A program made the position numbers and the translations under genes. A DNA stretch of 64,000 bases from Candidatus Dadabacteria bacterium (GTDB taxonomy: Bacteria; Desulfobacterota_D; UBA1144; Nemesobacterales; Nemesobacteraceae), in assembly GCA_026705445.1 (NCBI GenBank), contig JAPPAR010000011.1:145776-209775 (forward strand), written 5' to 3'. The notes below the pieces were generated by a model. The model did no database searches. It was not told the origin of the DNA and saw only the letters and a list, made by a program, of their open reading frames with translations. Below, in pieces: positions 8,081 through 19,176 of the stretch. Numbering within the stretch: position 1 is the stretch's first letter; every line of letters begins with the position of its first letter.

Positions 8081-9484
8081 ATGAAAATCGTGACAAGATT
8101 TGCCCCCAGTCCCACGGGCGCTCTTCATGTTGGAGCAGCGCGCACAGCCATTTTCAACTGGCTTTTCTCCGCGAGTCTCGGAGGAGATTTCCTGCTCAGA
8201 ATCGAGGATACCGACCGGGCACGCTCAGAGGAGAAATTCGAGCGGCAGATCATTGAATCGCTTAAGTGGCTCGGCCTTGAGTGGCATGGGGAAATCATCC
8301 GGCAGTCAGAGCGCCTTGCCGATTACGCCCGGCTTGCCGAGCGGCTCATTGACGAGGACAAGGCGTACAGGTGCTACGTTACTGCCGAAGAGCTCGGGAG
8401 GAGAAGGGAAGAAGCCCGGGATAAAGGAGAGGTTTTCAGGTACAGAAAAGAGTGGTCGCATATCGGTGCGGCTCCCGGGAAACCTTACGTGGTAAGGTTT
8501 TCCGTAACTCCGGGAGAGAAGATTTCCGTTGATGACCTTGTCCGCGGCGGGATAGTTTTTGACTCTTCTGAAATAGAAGACTTCGTGATACTGAAAGCCG
8601 ACGGATTTCCGACCTATAACTTCGCCGCGGCGGTTGATGACGCGCAGATGGATATATCTCACGTCATAAGAGGCGATGACCACATAATAAACGCCCCGAG
8701 ACAGATACTGATAGCCGAGGCGCTCGGCTTCTCAAAGCCGAAGCTTGCCCATGTTCCTATGATACTCGGTGAGGACGGGAAAAAACTCTCAAAGCGCCAT
8801 GGCGCGGAATCCGTTACGGAGTACCGACTGCGCGGATATCTCCCAGAAGCGGTGCTTAACTATCTGGTGAGGCTCGGCTGGTCTTTCGGGGATCAGGAGA
8901 TATTCGCAAAACAGGAGCTTGTTGAAAAATTCAGCCTGAAAGGCATCGGAAAATCTCCCTCGGTGTTTGACCCCAAGAAATTTCTCTGGCTAAACGGAAA
9001 GTACTTAAGAGATCTCCCCGAAGAGAGCATATCGGAGAAAATAGTTCCTCTCATCACCCAAAAGGGTTTCCCCCGGCCGTCTTCAGAGCGACTTTGTAAA
9101 ATAGTCGCGCAGATGCGGGAGCGCGCAGAGACTCTTAACGCAATAGTGGATCAGTCCCTTTACTTTTTCACCGATGATTTCGAGTACGACGAAAAGGCGG
9201 CGGAGAAGTTTCTGGTGGAGAGAAACAGTGAGATTTTCGGGCTCCTAGCGGAGGAGTTCTCCAGGGTGGAGGATTTTTCCCATGATAATATTCACGGGGG
9301 TTTCGAGCGCGTGATGCAGCGAACGGGCCTCGGGCTCGGGAAAATAGCTCAGCCTGCAAGGGTTGCGCTTACCGGCTCTACCAAGAGTCCCGGGATCTTT
9401 GATGTTGTAGAGATACTGGGCAAAGACACCGTAGCGCAGCGCCTGGAGAGGGCGATTGACTTTATAAACTCCCGCAGCGCCTGA
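8081..9484 (+). CDS. gltX: glutamyl-tRNA synthetase
   Basis: The HIGH-type motif is PSPTGALHVGAAR and the KMSKS-type motif is KLSKR. Length and pattern are class I GluRS. Confidence 0.95.
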   Translation: MKIVTRFAPSPTGALHVGAARTAIFNWLFSASLGGDFLLRIEDTDRARSEEKFERQIIESLKWLGLEWHGEIIRQSERLADYARLAERLIDEDKAYRCYVTAEELGRRREEARDKGEVFRYRKEWSHIGAAPGKPYVVRFSVTPGEKISVDDLVRGGIVFDSSEIEDFVILKADGFPTYNFAAAVDDAQMDISHVIRGDDHIINAPRQILIAEALGFSKPKLAHVPMILGEDGKKLSKRHGAESVTEYRLRGYLPEAVLNYLVRLGWSFGDQEIFAKQELVEKFSLKGIGKSPSVFDPKKFLWLNGKYLRDLPEESISEKIVPLITQKGFPRPSSERLCKIVAQMRERAETLNAIVDQSLYFFTDDFEYDEKAAEKFLVERNSEIFGLLAEEFSRVEDFSHDNIHGGFERVMQRTGLGLGKIAQPARVALTGSTKSPGIFDVVEILGKDTVAQRLERAIDFINSRSA

Positions 9485-9486
9485 AG

Positions 9487-10089
9487 ATGAAAATATACGG
9501 GCTTACAGGAAATATAGGTTCGGGCAAATCGACTGTGGCGGGAATGTTGCGCGAGTTCGGGGCGTTCACAGTGGATGCCGACGAGGTGGCGAGGGAAATC
9601 GTGCGGCCCGGGGAGCCTGCGCTTTCGGAAATCGTTGACTGTTTCGGCCGGGAGGTTCTCTGCGCGGACGGGACGCTTGACCGCGCGGCTCTTGCCGAAA
9701 TAGTGTTTGTAGACGAGGGGGAACGAAAGCGGCTCAACGACATAACCCATCCAAGGATTCTTGAGCGGATAAAGGAGAAGATATACGCCCGAGACGGCGA
9801 ACCGATCGTGTTTGTCGAGGCGTCGCTTATAGACCGCGGAAGCGGCGGTCTTGATGAATTAATCGACGGTCTTGTGGTGGTTACGTGTCCCGAGGAATTG
9901 AGGGAGCGCAGGGTGGCTTCCCGTGACGGCATGTCGCCTGAGGAAATACGCAGCCGCGTGGCCTCCCAGATGCCAGAAGAGGAAAAGGCCGCTCAGGCCG
10001 ATTTTCTCATAAAAAACTCCTCCGACACGCAGAGTCTGCGCGTCCGGGTCCATGCTCTGTTCGAGGCTCTCTGCGCCGCGGAACCTTGA
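9487..10089 (+). CDS. coaE: dephospho-CoA kinase
   Basis: The P-loop is GLTGNIGSGKST. The protein is ~200 aa, and DITHP is typical of CoaE. Confidence 0.9.
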   Translation: MKIYGLTGNIGSGKSTVAGMLREFGAFTVDADEVAREIVRPGEPALSEIVDCFGREVLCADGTLDRAALAEIVFVDEGERKRLNDITHPRILERIKEKIYARDGEPIVFVEASLIDRGSGGLDELIDGLVVVTCPEELRERRVASRDGMSPEEIRSRVASQMPEEEKAAQADFLIKNSSDTQSLRVRVHALFEALCAAEP

Positions 10090-10157
10090 AACGGCGCCTC
10101 TGCGTGTTATGATTCACTGATCCGTTTTTAACTGTGAATGGGTCTGGAGTACATCCG

Positions 10158-11702
10158 ATGAAAGAAAAAGTCAGAATTCTTGAAGATAAGGAAAAAGAAG
10201 CAAATCTGGGCGGCGGGGAAGCCAGAATCAAAAAGCAGCATGACTCGGGCAAGTACACGGCCCGAGAACGAATAGCCGAACTTCTTGACAGGGATACCTT
10301 CGTTGAACTTGACAAGTTTGTCCTGCACGGCTGCACGGACTTCGGCATGGAGAAAAGGAGAATTCTCGGCGACGGCGTGGTTACGGGCTACGGAAAGATT
10401 GAAGGACGCCAGGTGTTTGTCTACGCTCAGGACTTTACGGTTTTCGGCGGTTCCCTGGGTCTTGAACAGGGAAACAAGATATGCAAGATAATGGATCTGG
10501 CTCTTTCAACCGGGGCGCCCATCATCGGGCTTAACGATTCCGGCGGGGCGAGAATCCAGGAAGGGGTAAAGAGTCTCGGCGCGTACGGAGAGATATTTCT
10601 TCGGAACGTGATCTCCTCGGGAGTCATACCTCAGATATCCGCGATCATGGGTCCGTGCGCCGGGGGAGCGGTTTACTCCCCGGTAATGAACGATTTTACG
10701 ATCATGTCGAAAAACACAAGCTACATGTTCGTTACGGGTCCCGACGTGATAAAGACAGTTACCCATGAAGAGGTGTCCTCAGAAGAGCTCGGCGGCGCCA
10801 TGGTTCACAATTCCGTAAGCGGCGTCGCGCATTTCGCCTCGGAGGATGACGACGATTCAATAGAGATAATAAAGGAACTCCTCGGTTTTCTTCCCTCAAA
10901 CAACATGGAGGATCCTCCGGTGATCCCCTGCGATGACCCCCCGGACAGAAAAGAGACTAGCCTTCGCGGGCTTATCCCCGATAATCCCAACAAGCCTTAT
11001 GACATACTGGATGTGATTCGGCCTATAGTCGATCATTCGTATTTTTTCGAGGTGCAGGAGCACTACGCGAAGAACATAGTGGTAGGGTTTGCGAGGATGA
11101 ACGGACAGCCGGTCGGCGTGGTTGGAAATCAGCCCAAAGTGCTTGCGGGATGTCTTGATATAGACGCTTCGGTCAAGGCTGCCAGGTTCGCAAGGTTCTG
11201 CGACGCCTTCAATATCCCTCTGCTTACCTTTGTAGACGTGCCGGGTTTTCTCCCGGGAACCTCGCAGGAATGGGGAGGAATCATACGTCACGGCGCGAAA
11301 CTGCTTTACGCATACTGCGAGGCGACGGTTCCGAGGATTACCGTGATAACCAGAAAAGCCTACGGAGGCGCTTACGACGTCATGTCCTCAAAACATATAA
11401 GAGGAGACGTGAACCTTGCCTATCCCACCGCGGAAATCGCGGTCATGGGGCCTGACGGGGCCGTGAACATAATCTCCCGGGGGGAGATAGCCGCCGCGGA
11501 CGACCCGGACACGGAGAGAATCAGACTCATTGAGGAGTACAAGAAGAATTTCGCGAATCCTTACCGCGCCGCGAGCCTGGGTTATATAGACGAGGTCATA
11601 AAACCCGAGGACACGAGACCGAGAGTGATAGCGGCGCTTGAGATGCTTAACGGAAAAAGGCAGACGCTTCCGCCGAAAAAGCACGGAAACATTCCCCTCT
11701 GA
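10158..11702 (+). CDS. acyl-CoA carboxylase carboxyltransferase (beta) subunit (propionyl-/methylmalonyl-CoA carboxyltransferase family)
   Basis: It carries the carboxyltransferase family motifs [17 protein letters not shown] and [12 protein letters not shown] chose the internal ATG with a GGAG Shine-Dalgarno. Confidence 0.85.
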   Translation: MKEKVRILEDKEKEANLGGGEARIKKQHDSGKYTARERIAELLDRDTFVELDKFVLHGCTDFGMEKRRILGDGVVTGYGKIEGRQVFVYAQDFTVFGGSLGLEQGNKICKIMDLALSTGAPIIGLNDSGGARIQEGVKSLGAYGEIFLRNVISSGVIPQISAIMGPCAGGAVYSPVMNDFTIMSKNTSYMFVTGPDVIKTVTHEEVSSEELGGAMVHNSVSGVAHFASEDDDDSIEIIKELLGFLPSNNMEDPPVIPCDDPPDRKETSLRGLIPDNPNKPYDILDVIRPIVDHSYFFEVQEHYAKNIVVGFARMNGQPVGVVGNQPKVLAGCLDIDASVKAARFARFCDAFNIPLLTFVDVPGFLPGTSQEWGGIIRHGAKLLYAYCEATVPRITVITRKAYGGAYDVMSSKHIRGDVNLAYPTAEIAVMGPDGAVNIISRGEIAAADDPDTERIRLIEEYKKNFANPYRAASLGYIDEVIKPEDTRPRVIAALEMLNGKRQTLPPKKHGNIPL

Positions 11703-11718
11703 TCGGCCGGGTGAGAAG

Positions 11719-13215
11719 ATGTTTAAAAAAATACTGATAGCAAACAGGGGAGAGATAGCGGTAAGAATCATCAGGGCGTGCCGGGAGCTCGGAGTTGCCA
11801 CGGTGGCGGTTTATTCGGATGCCGACAGGAACGCTCTTCACGTTATGCTCGCGGACGAGGCCTATCATATAGGACCGTCGAAACCCTCTGAGAGCTACCT
11901 GGTCGGGGAGAAGATAGTTGCGGCCGCCAAGGAATCCGGGGCCGAAGCCATACATCCGGGGTTCGGGTTTCTTTCCGAAAACGATTCCTTCGCCGAGCTG
12001 TGCGAGAAAGAGGGAGTGGTTTTCATAGGGCCTTCCCCAGAAGCGATAAGGCTTATGGGGGACAAGGTAACCGCGAGAAAGATAGCCAGAGATGCGAACT
12101 TGCCCCTTGTTCCGGGATCCGAGGGAGCCGTATCCGATGTTGAAGCCTCAAGAGTGGCGAAGAAAATCGGATACCCGGTGATGATAAAGGCTTCTGCAGG
12201 CGGGGGCGGAAAGGGAATGAGACTCGTTAATTCCAGAGAGGAGTTTGAATCGTCCCTTCGTATGGCCAGAAGCGAGGCGTTTTCCTCTTTCGGAGACGAT
12301 TCGGTATTCATAGAAAAGTTCATTCAGACCCCGAGGCACGTCGAAGTCCAGGTTCTCGGAGACAGGCACGGAAATCTCCTGCACCTTTTTGAGCGCGAGT
12401 GCTCGATACAAAGACGCCACCAGAAGGTGATAGAGGAAGCTCCATCGGGATTCATAAGCCAGAAGACGAGAAAAAACATGTGCGAAGTTGCGCTTCGCAT
12501 AGCGAAGGCGGTTGATTATTCCGGGGCCGGAACGGTCGAGTTCATAATGGACCAGCAAGAAAATTTCTACTTTCTTGAGATGAATACCAGGGTGCAGGTC
12601 GAGCACCCGGTTACGGAAATGATTACGGGACTCGATATAGTGAAATGGATGATAAGGATAGCTTCGGGGGAAAAACTGCCTTTTAGGCAGTCTGCCATAA
12701 AAATGCAGGGCCATGCCCTTGAATGCAGGGTTTACGCGGAGGATCCCGCCACCAATTTTCTGCCCTCGCCCGGCCCCCTTCACTACGTGCGCGCTCCAAG
12801 CGGTCCGGGAGTGAGAGACGACTCGTCCGTTTACAGCGGCTGCGAGATAACGTCTTTTTACGATCCGATGCTCTCAAAGCTTGTCGTCTGGGGAAATTCC
12901 CGGGAGGACGCGGTAGACAGGATGCTCTCCGCCCTGAGGGAATACGTGGTTCTGGGAGTCAGGACCAACCTTGGATTTCTGATAAGGATGATGCGGGATC
13001 CTGAGTTCCGCAAGGCGCAGATTGACACGGGTTTTATAGAAAGGCATCCGGAACTTCTTGTGCCCGAGGAGTCCGATCCAGGTGCTATACTCATGGCCGC
13101 CGCCGTCGCCATAAACGGCGGCTCAAACCAGGTTGTGCAGGGGAAAACCGCCGCTTCTTCGGGCTGGAAGCTTTTTGCCAGAAGGGCAGGCGTATCCGGG
13201 AATCCGTTGTTATGA
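11719..13215 (+). CDS. accC: biotin carboxylase (acyl-CoA carboxylase alpha subunit, no fused BCCP)
   Basis: The N-terminus KILIANRGEIAVRIIRAC is typical of biotin carboxylases. The ATP-grasp signatures and ~499 aa length fit the family. Confidence 0.9.
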   Translation: MFKKILIANRGEIAVRIIRACRELGVATVAVYSDADRNALHVMLADEAYHIGPSKPSESYLVGEKIVAAAKESGAEAIHPGFGFLSENDSFAELCEKEGVVFIGPSPEAIRLMGDKVTARKIARDANLPLVPGSEGAVSDVEASRVAKKIGYPVMIKASAGGGGKGMRLVNSREEFESSLRMARSEAFSSFGDDSVFIEKFIQTPRHVEVQVLGDRHGNLLHLFERECSIQRRHQKVIEEAPSGFISQKTRKNMCEVALRIAKAVDYSGAGTVEFIMDQQENFYFLEMNTRVQVEHPVTEMITGLDIVKWMIRIASGEKLPFRQSAIKMQGHALECRVYAEDPATNFLPSPGPLHYVRAPSGPGVRDDSSVYSGCEITSFYDPMLSKLVVWGNSREDAVDRMLSALREYVVLGVRTNLGFLIRMMRDPEFRKAQIDTGFIERHPELLVPEESDPGAILMAAAVAINGGSNQVVQGKTAASSGWKLFARRAGVSGNPLL

Positions 13216-13703
13216 CTTATACTTTCAAGCTGGGAAACAAAACCTACAAGGTAGACTTCGAAGAGAAGGAAGGACTGAGCCTTTTCAGTATAGACGGTGA
13301 GCAGAAGGAAATAGAATTTCTGCGTATAGACGAAAGTGTCTATTCAATCCTGGTTGACAACCAGAGCATTACCGTAGGGATATACAGGGAAGGGAAGAAA
13401 ATACAGGTTTTCCACGAGGGCGATCTCTACGAGCTCGAGGCCATCTCCGGAAGGGACGCTTCCCAGACAGAAGGCCCGGGAAGTCTTAACATAACGGCGC
13501 CTATGCACAGCAGGGTGGTGAAAATTCTTAAAAAACAGGGAGAAAGCGTCGAGGTGGGAGACAGCGTGGTAGTGGTTGAGGCCATGAAGATGGAAAGCGA
13601 GCTTAAGGCATCCGCTTCTGGGACCATAAAAGAGATAAGGGTCAAGGAGGGGGAAACGGTTGAGAAGGACTCTGTTCTGGTTGCCCTCTCCGATAGCGAA
13701 TAA
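13212..13703 (+). CDS. biotin carboxyl carrier protein with an extra N-terminal domain
   Basis: The C-terminal biotinyl domain carries EAMKME, with the biotinylated Lys in the AMKM motif. Its start overlaps the accC stop by 4 nt (ATGA), indicating translational coupling. Confidence 0.85.
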   Translation: MTYTFKLGNKTYKVDFEEKEGLSLFSIDGEQKEIEFLRIDESVYSILVDNQSITVGIYREGKKIQVFHEGDLYELEAISGRDASQTEGPGSLNITAPMHSRVVKILKKQGESVEVGDSVVVVEAMKMESELKASASGTIKEIRVKEGETVEKDSVLVALSDSE

Positions 13704-13729
13704 CCATTGAAAAGACGGGGTGTTTTAAA

Positions 13730-14881
13730 GTGAAAAAAACAGCTGCGCTTTTACTTTTTGCTGTTATGGCTGCGGTCCTCGGTTTTGTTTCCTGCGGTGA
13801 GAACGGTGCCGACGGTGCCGAGGAGATTCTCGTCGGCGTCGTTGTTCCTCTCACGGGTGAGCTTGAATCGACGGGTCTTACGATGAAAAACGGCATGGAG
13901 CTTGCCCTTGGAGAAATTAACGGATCGTCGCTTCTTGGGGGAAAACAGATCAGATTCGTTACAGAGGATTCGGAGAGTACCGTGGAGGGCGTCCGGGAGG
14001 CGTACCGAAAGGTCATTGAAGAGGACGGCGTGGCAGCCGTATTCGGTCCCTTTACCTCAAATTCGACCAGAGAAGTTATTCCTATAGCTCACGAAAACAA
14101 AGTCGTATGCTTCAGTCCCACCTCAGCCGCAAGCGGTCTCAGCGCCTTAAGCGAATTTGCTTTCCGTGCTTCGCTTACAGTAGAGCATCTGGTGCCTGAG
14201 GGAGTGAGCGTCACCAAGGAACATCTTCGCTACAGCAGGGTGGCTACGATAACAAATTCTCTCGACACTTTTTCCCAAAGCAATTTCGAGCAGTTAAAAC
14301 GGGCGTTTGACAGTCAGGGGGTCACAATTGTAAGCGAGCAGAGCTATGTCCGTCCCCAAGAGGAACAGGTTCCCGACTTGACCGACCAGCTGACTGCGAT
14401 AAAGAACGCAAATCCCGACGCTGTTTTCATCTCCGCCCTGCCTCCCGGTCGCACAGGGGTTCTCGTTCAGGCGCACCGACTGGGTATAGAAGTTCCCTTG
14501 ATAGCAACCCTGCTCACGATAGCCGATGTAAGCAAGGCGAACGATCAGTCTGCGGGTGCGGGCGCGGGCGCGATCACCTTTACTAACTGGCTTGCCGCCG
14601 TCGACACGCCGGAGAATCGAGCCTTTCTTAGAAATTACCGGAGAAAATACGGACAGGAACCCAACGCCTTCGCCGCGCGGTCATACGGAGCTGTTCATAT
14701 CTTGGCTCAGGCTGTCGCCGATTCGGACTCAAGCTCTCCGCAGGCAATTCGCGACGCGATGGCCGATGTGAGGGTCGAGAACACTGTCTTCGGCGATTTC
14801 TATTTTGACCGCAATGGGGATGCGGTTTACGAACCGATTGTGGGGATAGTAGAAGACGGCCGTTTTGAAGTTCTCGAATAA
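13730..14881 (+). CDS. ABC transporter substrate-binding lipoprotein, branched-chain amino acid (LivK/type I PBP) family
   Basis: The signal peptide has a lipobox (GFVSC). ILVGVVVPLTGELESTG...AAVFGPFTS is the LivK-like fold pattern. Confidence 0.8.
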   Translation: MKKTAALLLFAVMAAVLGFVSCGENGADGAEEILVGVVVPLTGELESTGLTMKNGMELALGEINGSSLLGGKQIRFVTEDSESTVEGVREAYRKVIEEDGVAAVFGPFTSNSTREVIPIAHENKVVCFSPTSAASGLSALSEFAFRASLTVEHLVPEGVSVTKEHLRYSRVATITNSLDTFSQSNFEQLKRAFDSQGVTIVSEQSYVRPQEEQVPDLTDQLTAIKNANPDAVFISALPPGRTGVLVQAHRLGIEVPLIATLLTIADVSKANDQSAGAGAGAITFTNWLAAVDTPENRAFLRNYRRKYGQEPNAFAARSYGAVHILAQAVADSDSSSPQAIRDAMADVRVENTVFGDFYFDRNGDAVYEPIVGIVEDGRFEVLE

Positions 14882-14980
14882 CACCAGGTCAGGTATCGAG
14901 CCTGGTTATTTGGGCCTGGAAACAGTTCTTATGAAACAATCCGCAGGTATCGGGGTTTTCAAATTATTGCTGCGAAAACA

Positions 14981-16588
14981 TTGAAAAATCTTCTTTCGGC
15001 ACTCTGCTTTCTGCTTTTTATCTCCTGCGGTTCCGGAAACAAGGCCCCGGATGCCGCGGATATTTCCCGCAAGGACACGCTTAACATAAATATCGGCACC
15101 GAGCCTCCCACGCTTGACTGGTCTCTCGCCACCGATGTCACATCTTTTACGATCATAGAGAACATAATGGACGGCCTTGCGGCGTTTGATGAAAAATACG
15201 AGCCCGTGCCCGCTCTCGCGCGAAGCTGGCGGGTAAGCGGGGACGGAAGAACCTATACATTCAGAATAAGGAAAGAAGTCTTCTGGACAGACGGAGTGGG
15301 GCTTCGAGCCGGGGATTTCCTTTATTCATGGAAAAGGATTCTTAACCCCGAAACTGCCGGAAGCTATGCCTACTTCCTTTTTGACATAAAAAACGCCAGA
15401 AAGTTCAACTCAGGAGAGATAAAGGATTTCAGCGAAGTCGGGGTAAAGGCCCCGGATGATCATACTCTTGTTGTCACCCTTGAGAGGCCGCGGGCCTATT
15501 TTCTCAGTCTGGTTACTTTTATGTCCACTTTTCCGATGAGAAAGGATATTGTTGAGAAATACGGAACCAGGTGGACGGAAGCCGCAAACATAGTAACCCT
15601 GGGACCTTACAGATTAAAAGAATGGAAGCATCATAAGGAAGTTCTTATCGAGGAGTACGGGGACTACTGGGGAGAGAAACCCAAAAGCGCCAAGAAGGTA
15701 AAAATGATAATGAACGAGAATCCGGTATCCACCCTTGCACTTTATGAAAGCGGAGAACTCGATTTTCTTGACAGCAAGGGAATTCCCCTGCTTGAGATTC
15801 CAAGGGTTAAGAAGCTTCGGGATTTCAGGCAGAGCGTGGTTTTCAGAAACAACTACATAGGGTTTAATACAAAGAAGCCCCCGTTTGACAATCCCTTGGT
15901 GAGAAAAGCTTTCGCGAGTTCAATAGACAGGAAAAGCCTCGCGGGACTTCTCCAGGGGGCTGGAGAGCCCGTGACTTCATGGATACCGATTGACATGCTT
16001 GCCCACAATCCCCGGATTGGCATTTCGTTTGACGCGCAGAAGGCGAGGAAATTTCTTGAGATGGCCGGCTATCCGGGCGGAGAGAATTTTCCGAAGACCG
16101 CTTTTCTTTATCCGGATACCGGAAACAACAGAATTGTAGCCGAGGCGTTCCAGGGCATGTGGAAGGAGCATCTCGGCATCGAGGTGAAGCTTGTGAACCA
16201 GGAATGGACCGTCTATCTGAGCACGCTCAGAACGGATCCTCCGCCAGTATTCAGAGCCGGATGGCAGGCGGATTTTCCAGATCCTCACAATTTCATGAAT
16301 CTCTTTGAGTGCGGAAGCGGGAATAACCGTACCGGGTGGTGCGATCCGCAGTACGATCGATTAGTGGAGAAGGCGGCCGGGATTCTCGACCGCGGGCTAA
16401 GAACGGATCTTTACAACAGCGCCCAGAGAATCCTTGTGGAAACCGGCGTGCCGATAGTTCCTTATCTAAACTCGGTTCAGCAGAACATGATCAAGCCGTA
16501 CGTAAAAGGTCTTGAACCTGACCGCCTTAATTTTCTTTACTTCAGCAGAGTCGAGTTTGTGAACCATTCCAAATCCGGCGAGCGCTGA
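14981..16588 (+). CDS. ABC transporter substrate-binding lipoprotein, family 5 (oligopeptide/dipeptide/nickel type)
   Basis: The lipobox is LFISCGS. At 535 aa it has typical SBP_bac_5 length and pattern. Confidence 0.8.
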   Translation: MKNLLSALCFLLFISCGSGNKAPDAADISRKDTLNINIGTEPPTLDWSLATDVTSFTIIENIMDGLAAFDEKYEPVPALARSWRVSGDGRTYTFRIRKEVFWTDGVGLRAGDFLYSWKRILNPETAGSYAYFLFDIKNARKFNSGEIKDFSEVGVKAPDDHTLVVTLERPRAYFLSLVTFMSTFPMRKDIVEKYGTRWTEAANIVTLGPYRLKEWKHHKEVLIEEYGDYWGEKPKSAKKVKMIMNENPVSTLALYESGELDFLDSKGIPLLEIPRVKKLRDFRQSVVFRNNYIGFNTKKPPFDNPLVRKAFASSIDRKSLAGLLQGAGEPVTSWIPIDMLAHNPRIGISFDAQKARKFLEMAGYPGGENFPKTAFLYPDTGNNRIVAEAFQGMWKEHLGIEVKLVNQEWTVYLSTLRTDPPPVFRAGWQADFPDPHNFMNLFECGSGNNRTGWCDPQYDRLVEKAAGILDRGLRTDLYNSAQRILVETGVPIVPYLNSVQQNMIKPYVKGLEPDRLNFLYFSRVEFVNHSKSGER

Positions 16589-16874
16589 GGACCCGGGGTT
16601 AGATGAGAATGTCTCCGCGGATTAAAAAATAACGCATATTCTGGAAGTTGTTTTTTTCGTGTTTCTTGTCGTCGGTATGATTGGCCCGTCATTGCAGCTG
16701 CAGCATCAAAGCGAGATTCAAACACCCCAATGATTTTGTCAAACCCAACGCTTGCCCATCAGGGACAAGCCTGCCCAAATTGTTCCCAGGCATCTGAATG
16801 CGTACTCCGACTGAACATCGCTCCTTCCGTTTGGGAACCATCCCCGGAGTACCATCTTGATTGACGCGGTAGAC

Positions 16875-17930
16875 TTACTTGAAGTAAGGAATTATCTCTT
16901 TTGAGTAAGTTTCAAGCGCCAGATCCGGATCGGGGCTGAATCTGTAGAAAAGCACGAAATTCCTTACACCGGCATCTATGAACTTCTCGATTTTCTCTAT
17001 GCAGTCTTTTTTTGATCCCGTAATGGTGAAATCAAGTATGGCTTCTCTCGGGAAAAGCTGCCCGAGCTGTCTGAACCTCTGTCTCCCCTCTTCATCCGTC
17101 GGCACTATGTTGAAATAGTTAAGGCCGTGGTATTCCTCGGGTATCTCGACGTCGTAGCCCGCCTTGAGCAGCTGGTCCTGCATGACCAGCACGTACTTGA
17201 AGGGTTCAAGAGTCTCGTAGGCTGCGTCAACGCTTTCTCCAAGAGAGGTGAATACCCAAAGCGCCGGGTCAAAACCGTCGTCAATCGATCTTCCCACGTT
17301 ATCCGCCGCCGCCTTTATATCCCCGAGGTAACCCGAATAGAGATCGGGATTCAAGTCTATCGGCAGCCATCCGTCGCACTTTTCTCCCGTAAGCTGAAGT
17401 CCCTTGGGCGTGTGGGTGGCCATGTAAAACGGTATCTTGTTTCTCTCGTAGGGTTTTATCTGCAGAAACGCGTTCTCAAGTTTGTAGAACTGTCCGTCAA
17501 AATCCACGGGCTCGTCAGTTTCCCAGAGAAGCTCCATGACTTCTATTGATTCTCTTAGTTTCGAAAGGGGTTTTCCCCACTCGATTCCGAATGCGTCGAG
17601 ATTCATCGATTCCCCGACTCCGAGGGTTAGCACTACCCTGCCCTTTGAAAGCTGGTCAACGGTCGCGAGTCTCTGGGCGAAAACAGCGGGATGCATTCTG
17701 TGGGGATCAGAAACCGTCCCCAAAGCTATGTTTTCCGTTTTCATAGCTGCCGCCGCCGCCACGGTCCACGCCTCGGGAGCAATGGCTTCCGGCGCCACGA
17801 AAAGCAGATGGTCGGGGTACCATATGGTGTCGAATCCAAGCTGATCGGCTTTTATCGAGAAATTTACGAGTCCGTCAACGTCAGCTCCCGGCATCGGAGC
17901 GGAAAGTCCAAATTTTATTTCTTTTCCCAC
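16875..17930 (-). CDS. LLM-class (luciferase-like) flavin/F420-dependent oxidoreductase
   Basis: The N-terminus FGLSAPMPG...ADQLGFDTIWYPDHL and TLGVGES match the LLM family. Confidence 0.8.
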   Translation of the reverse strand: MGKEIKFGLSAPMPGADVDGLVNFSIKADQLGFDTIWYPDHLLFVAPEAIAPEAWTVAAAAAMKTENIALGTVSDPHRMHPAVFAQRLATVDQLSKGRVVLTLGVGESMNLDAFGIEWGKPLSKLRESIEVMELLWETDEPVDFDGQFYKLENAFLQIKPYERNKIPFYMATHTPKGLQLTGEKCDGWLPIDLNPDLYSGYLGDIKAAADNVGRSIDDGFDPALWVFTSLGESVDAAYETLEPFKYVLVMQDQLLKAGYDVEIPEEYHGLNYFNIVPTDEEGRQRFRQLGQLFPREAILDFTITGSKKDCIEKIEKFIDAGVRNFVLFYRFSPDPDLALETYSKEIIPYFK

Positions 17931-18039
17931 TGTATGGCACCTCGATTATGGTTTTGGAAGTAGATAACGATCACGGTAGAATTATGGTTGATTTGCCGTT
18001 TAAACGCAAATAACCAAACTTATATCCCGGAGGCATCAA

Positions 18040-19062
18040 ATGAGATTCGGCATCGGACTCTTCAGTATGCAGACCCACAAGGATCTTGACTACAGTCATG
18101 TGGATCTTTACAGAAATTCCCTGGACCACGTGAGACTTGCCGAAACGGTGGATTTCGATTCGGTATGGCTTTCCGAGCATCATTTTCTTGAGGATGGATA
18201 CTGCTCTTCCCCTCTTGGGATGGCCGCCGCGATGGCCGCTGTGACCGAGAGAGTGAGAATAGGCACGGGAGCCCTGATACTCACGCTTCATAACCCGGTG
18301 AGAGTGGCCGAAGACGCCGCCACGGTCGATCTCATTTCCGGCGGAAGATTCGATCTGGGAGTCGCGATAGGATACAGAAAAGAGGAATTCGAGGGGTTCG
18401 GAGTCCCGATGACGCAAAGACCCTCGAGAATCGAGGAAGGAATAGAGATAATCGAGAAATGCTGGGAAGAAGGGTCTTTTTCCTATGAAGGCAAGAGGTT
18501 CAGCTTTCGGGACATAGACGTTACCCCCAAACCCGTGCAGAGACCCATACCCATATACATAGGAGCTTTCGAGGAACCCGCCGTGCGGCGGGCCGGGCGC
18601 CTCGGGTACCCACTTCTTATCGGCCCCGGCAGGACGGTTCCCATGATAATGGATACCCTCGGGTGGTATAACGACGAGGCGGAAAAAGCCGGACGCGATC
18701 CGTCAGGAGCGGAGCACATACTGCTTCGGGAAACTTACGTGCGTGAAACCATGGAAGAAGCCACTGCGGGCGGAACCGAATACATAATAAACATGTACAG
18801 GTTCTACCTGAGCCTTGGGGTCAAGATAGTGATACGGGGAAAAAACATAACCGATCCTGACGACCCGTTTTTTGAATACATGGCGGAAGACCGTTTTATG
18901 ATCGGCACCCCCGGGCACTGCGTCGAAGAAGTGAGAAAGTACGCTGAGAAAACCGGAATACAAAACATAATGTGCAGGATGGTGTTTCCCCAGGCCTCCG
19001 CGGAAGTTATAGCGCATTCAATCGAGCTTTTCGGAAACCAGGTGATTCCCGAATTCAGATGA
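18040..19062 (+). CDS. LLM-class (luciferase-like) flavin/F420-dependent oxidoreductase, paralogue
   Basis: Pattern is FGIGLFS...AETVDFDSVWLSEHHF. It is divergent from the LLM gene at 16875. Confidence 0.8.
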   Translation: MRFGIGLFSMQTHKDLDYSHVDLYRNSLDHVRLAETVDFDSVWLSEHHFLEDGYCSSPLGMAAAMAAVTERVRIGTGALILTLHNPVRVAEDAATVDLISGGRFDLGVAIGYRKEEFEGFGVPMTQRPSRIEEGIEIIEKCWEEGSFSYEGKRFSFRDIDVTPKPVQRPIPIYIGAFEEPAVRRAGRLGYPLLIGPGRTVPMIMDTLGWYNDEAEKAGRDPSGAEHILLRETYVRETMEEATAGGTEYIINMYRFYLSLGVKIVIRGKNITDPDDPFFEYMAEDRFMIGTPGHCVEEVRKYAEKTGIQNIMCRMVFPQASAEVIAHSIELFGNQVIPEFR

Positions 19063-19176
19063 CGGATGCTCCGGCATGATAGGAAGCTGCCCGCTTACCC
19101 GAATCGCCGCCCCGGCAGGCTTGACTGAGCCTCGATTTTTTGCGTAAAGACAGCTTCCTGAAATCCGCCGGATCTG

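Noticed and set aside
8100-8495. 131-aa ORF overlapping gltX in an alternate frame
   Set aside because: It is nested in a highly conserved housekeeping gene. The product is Ser/Arg/Gly-rich with no motif.
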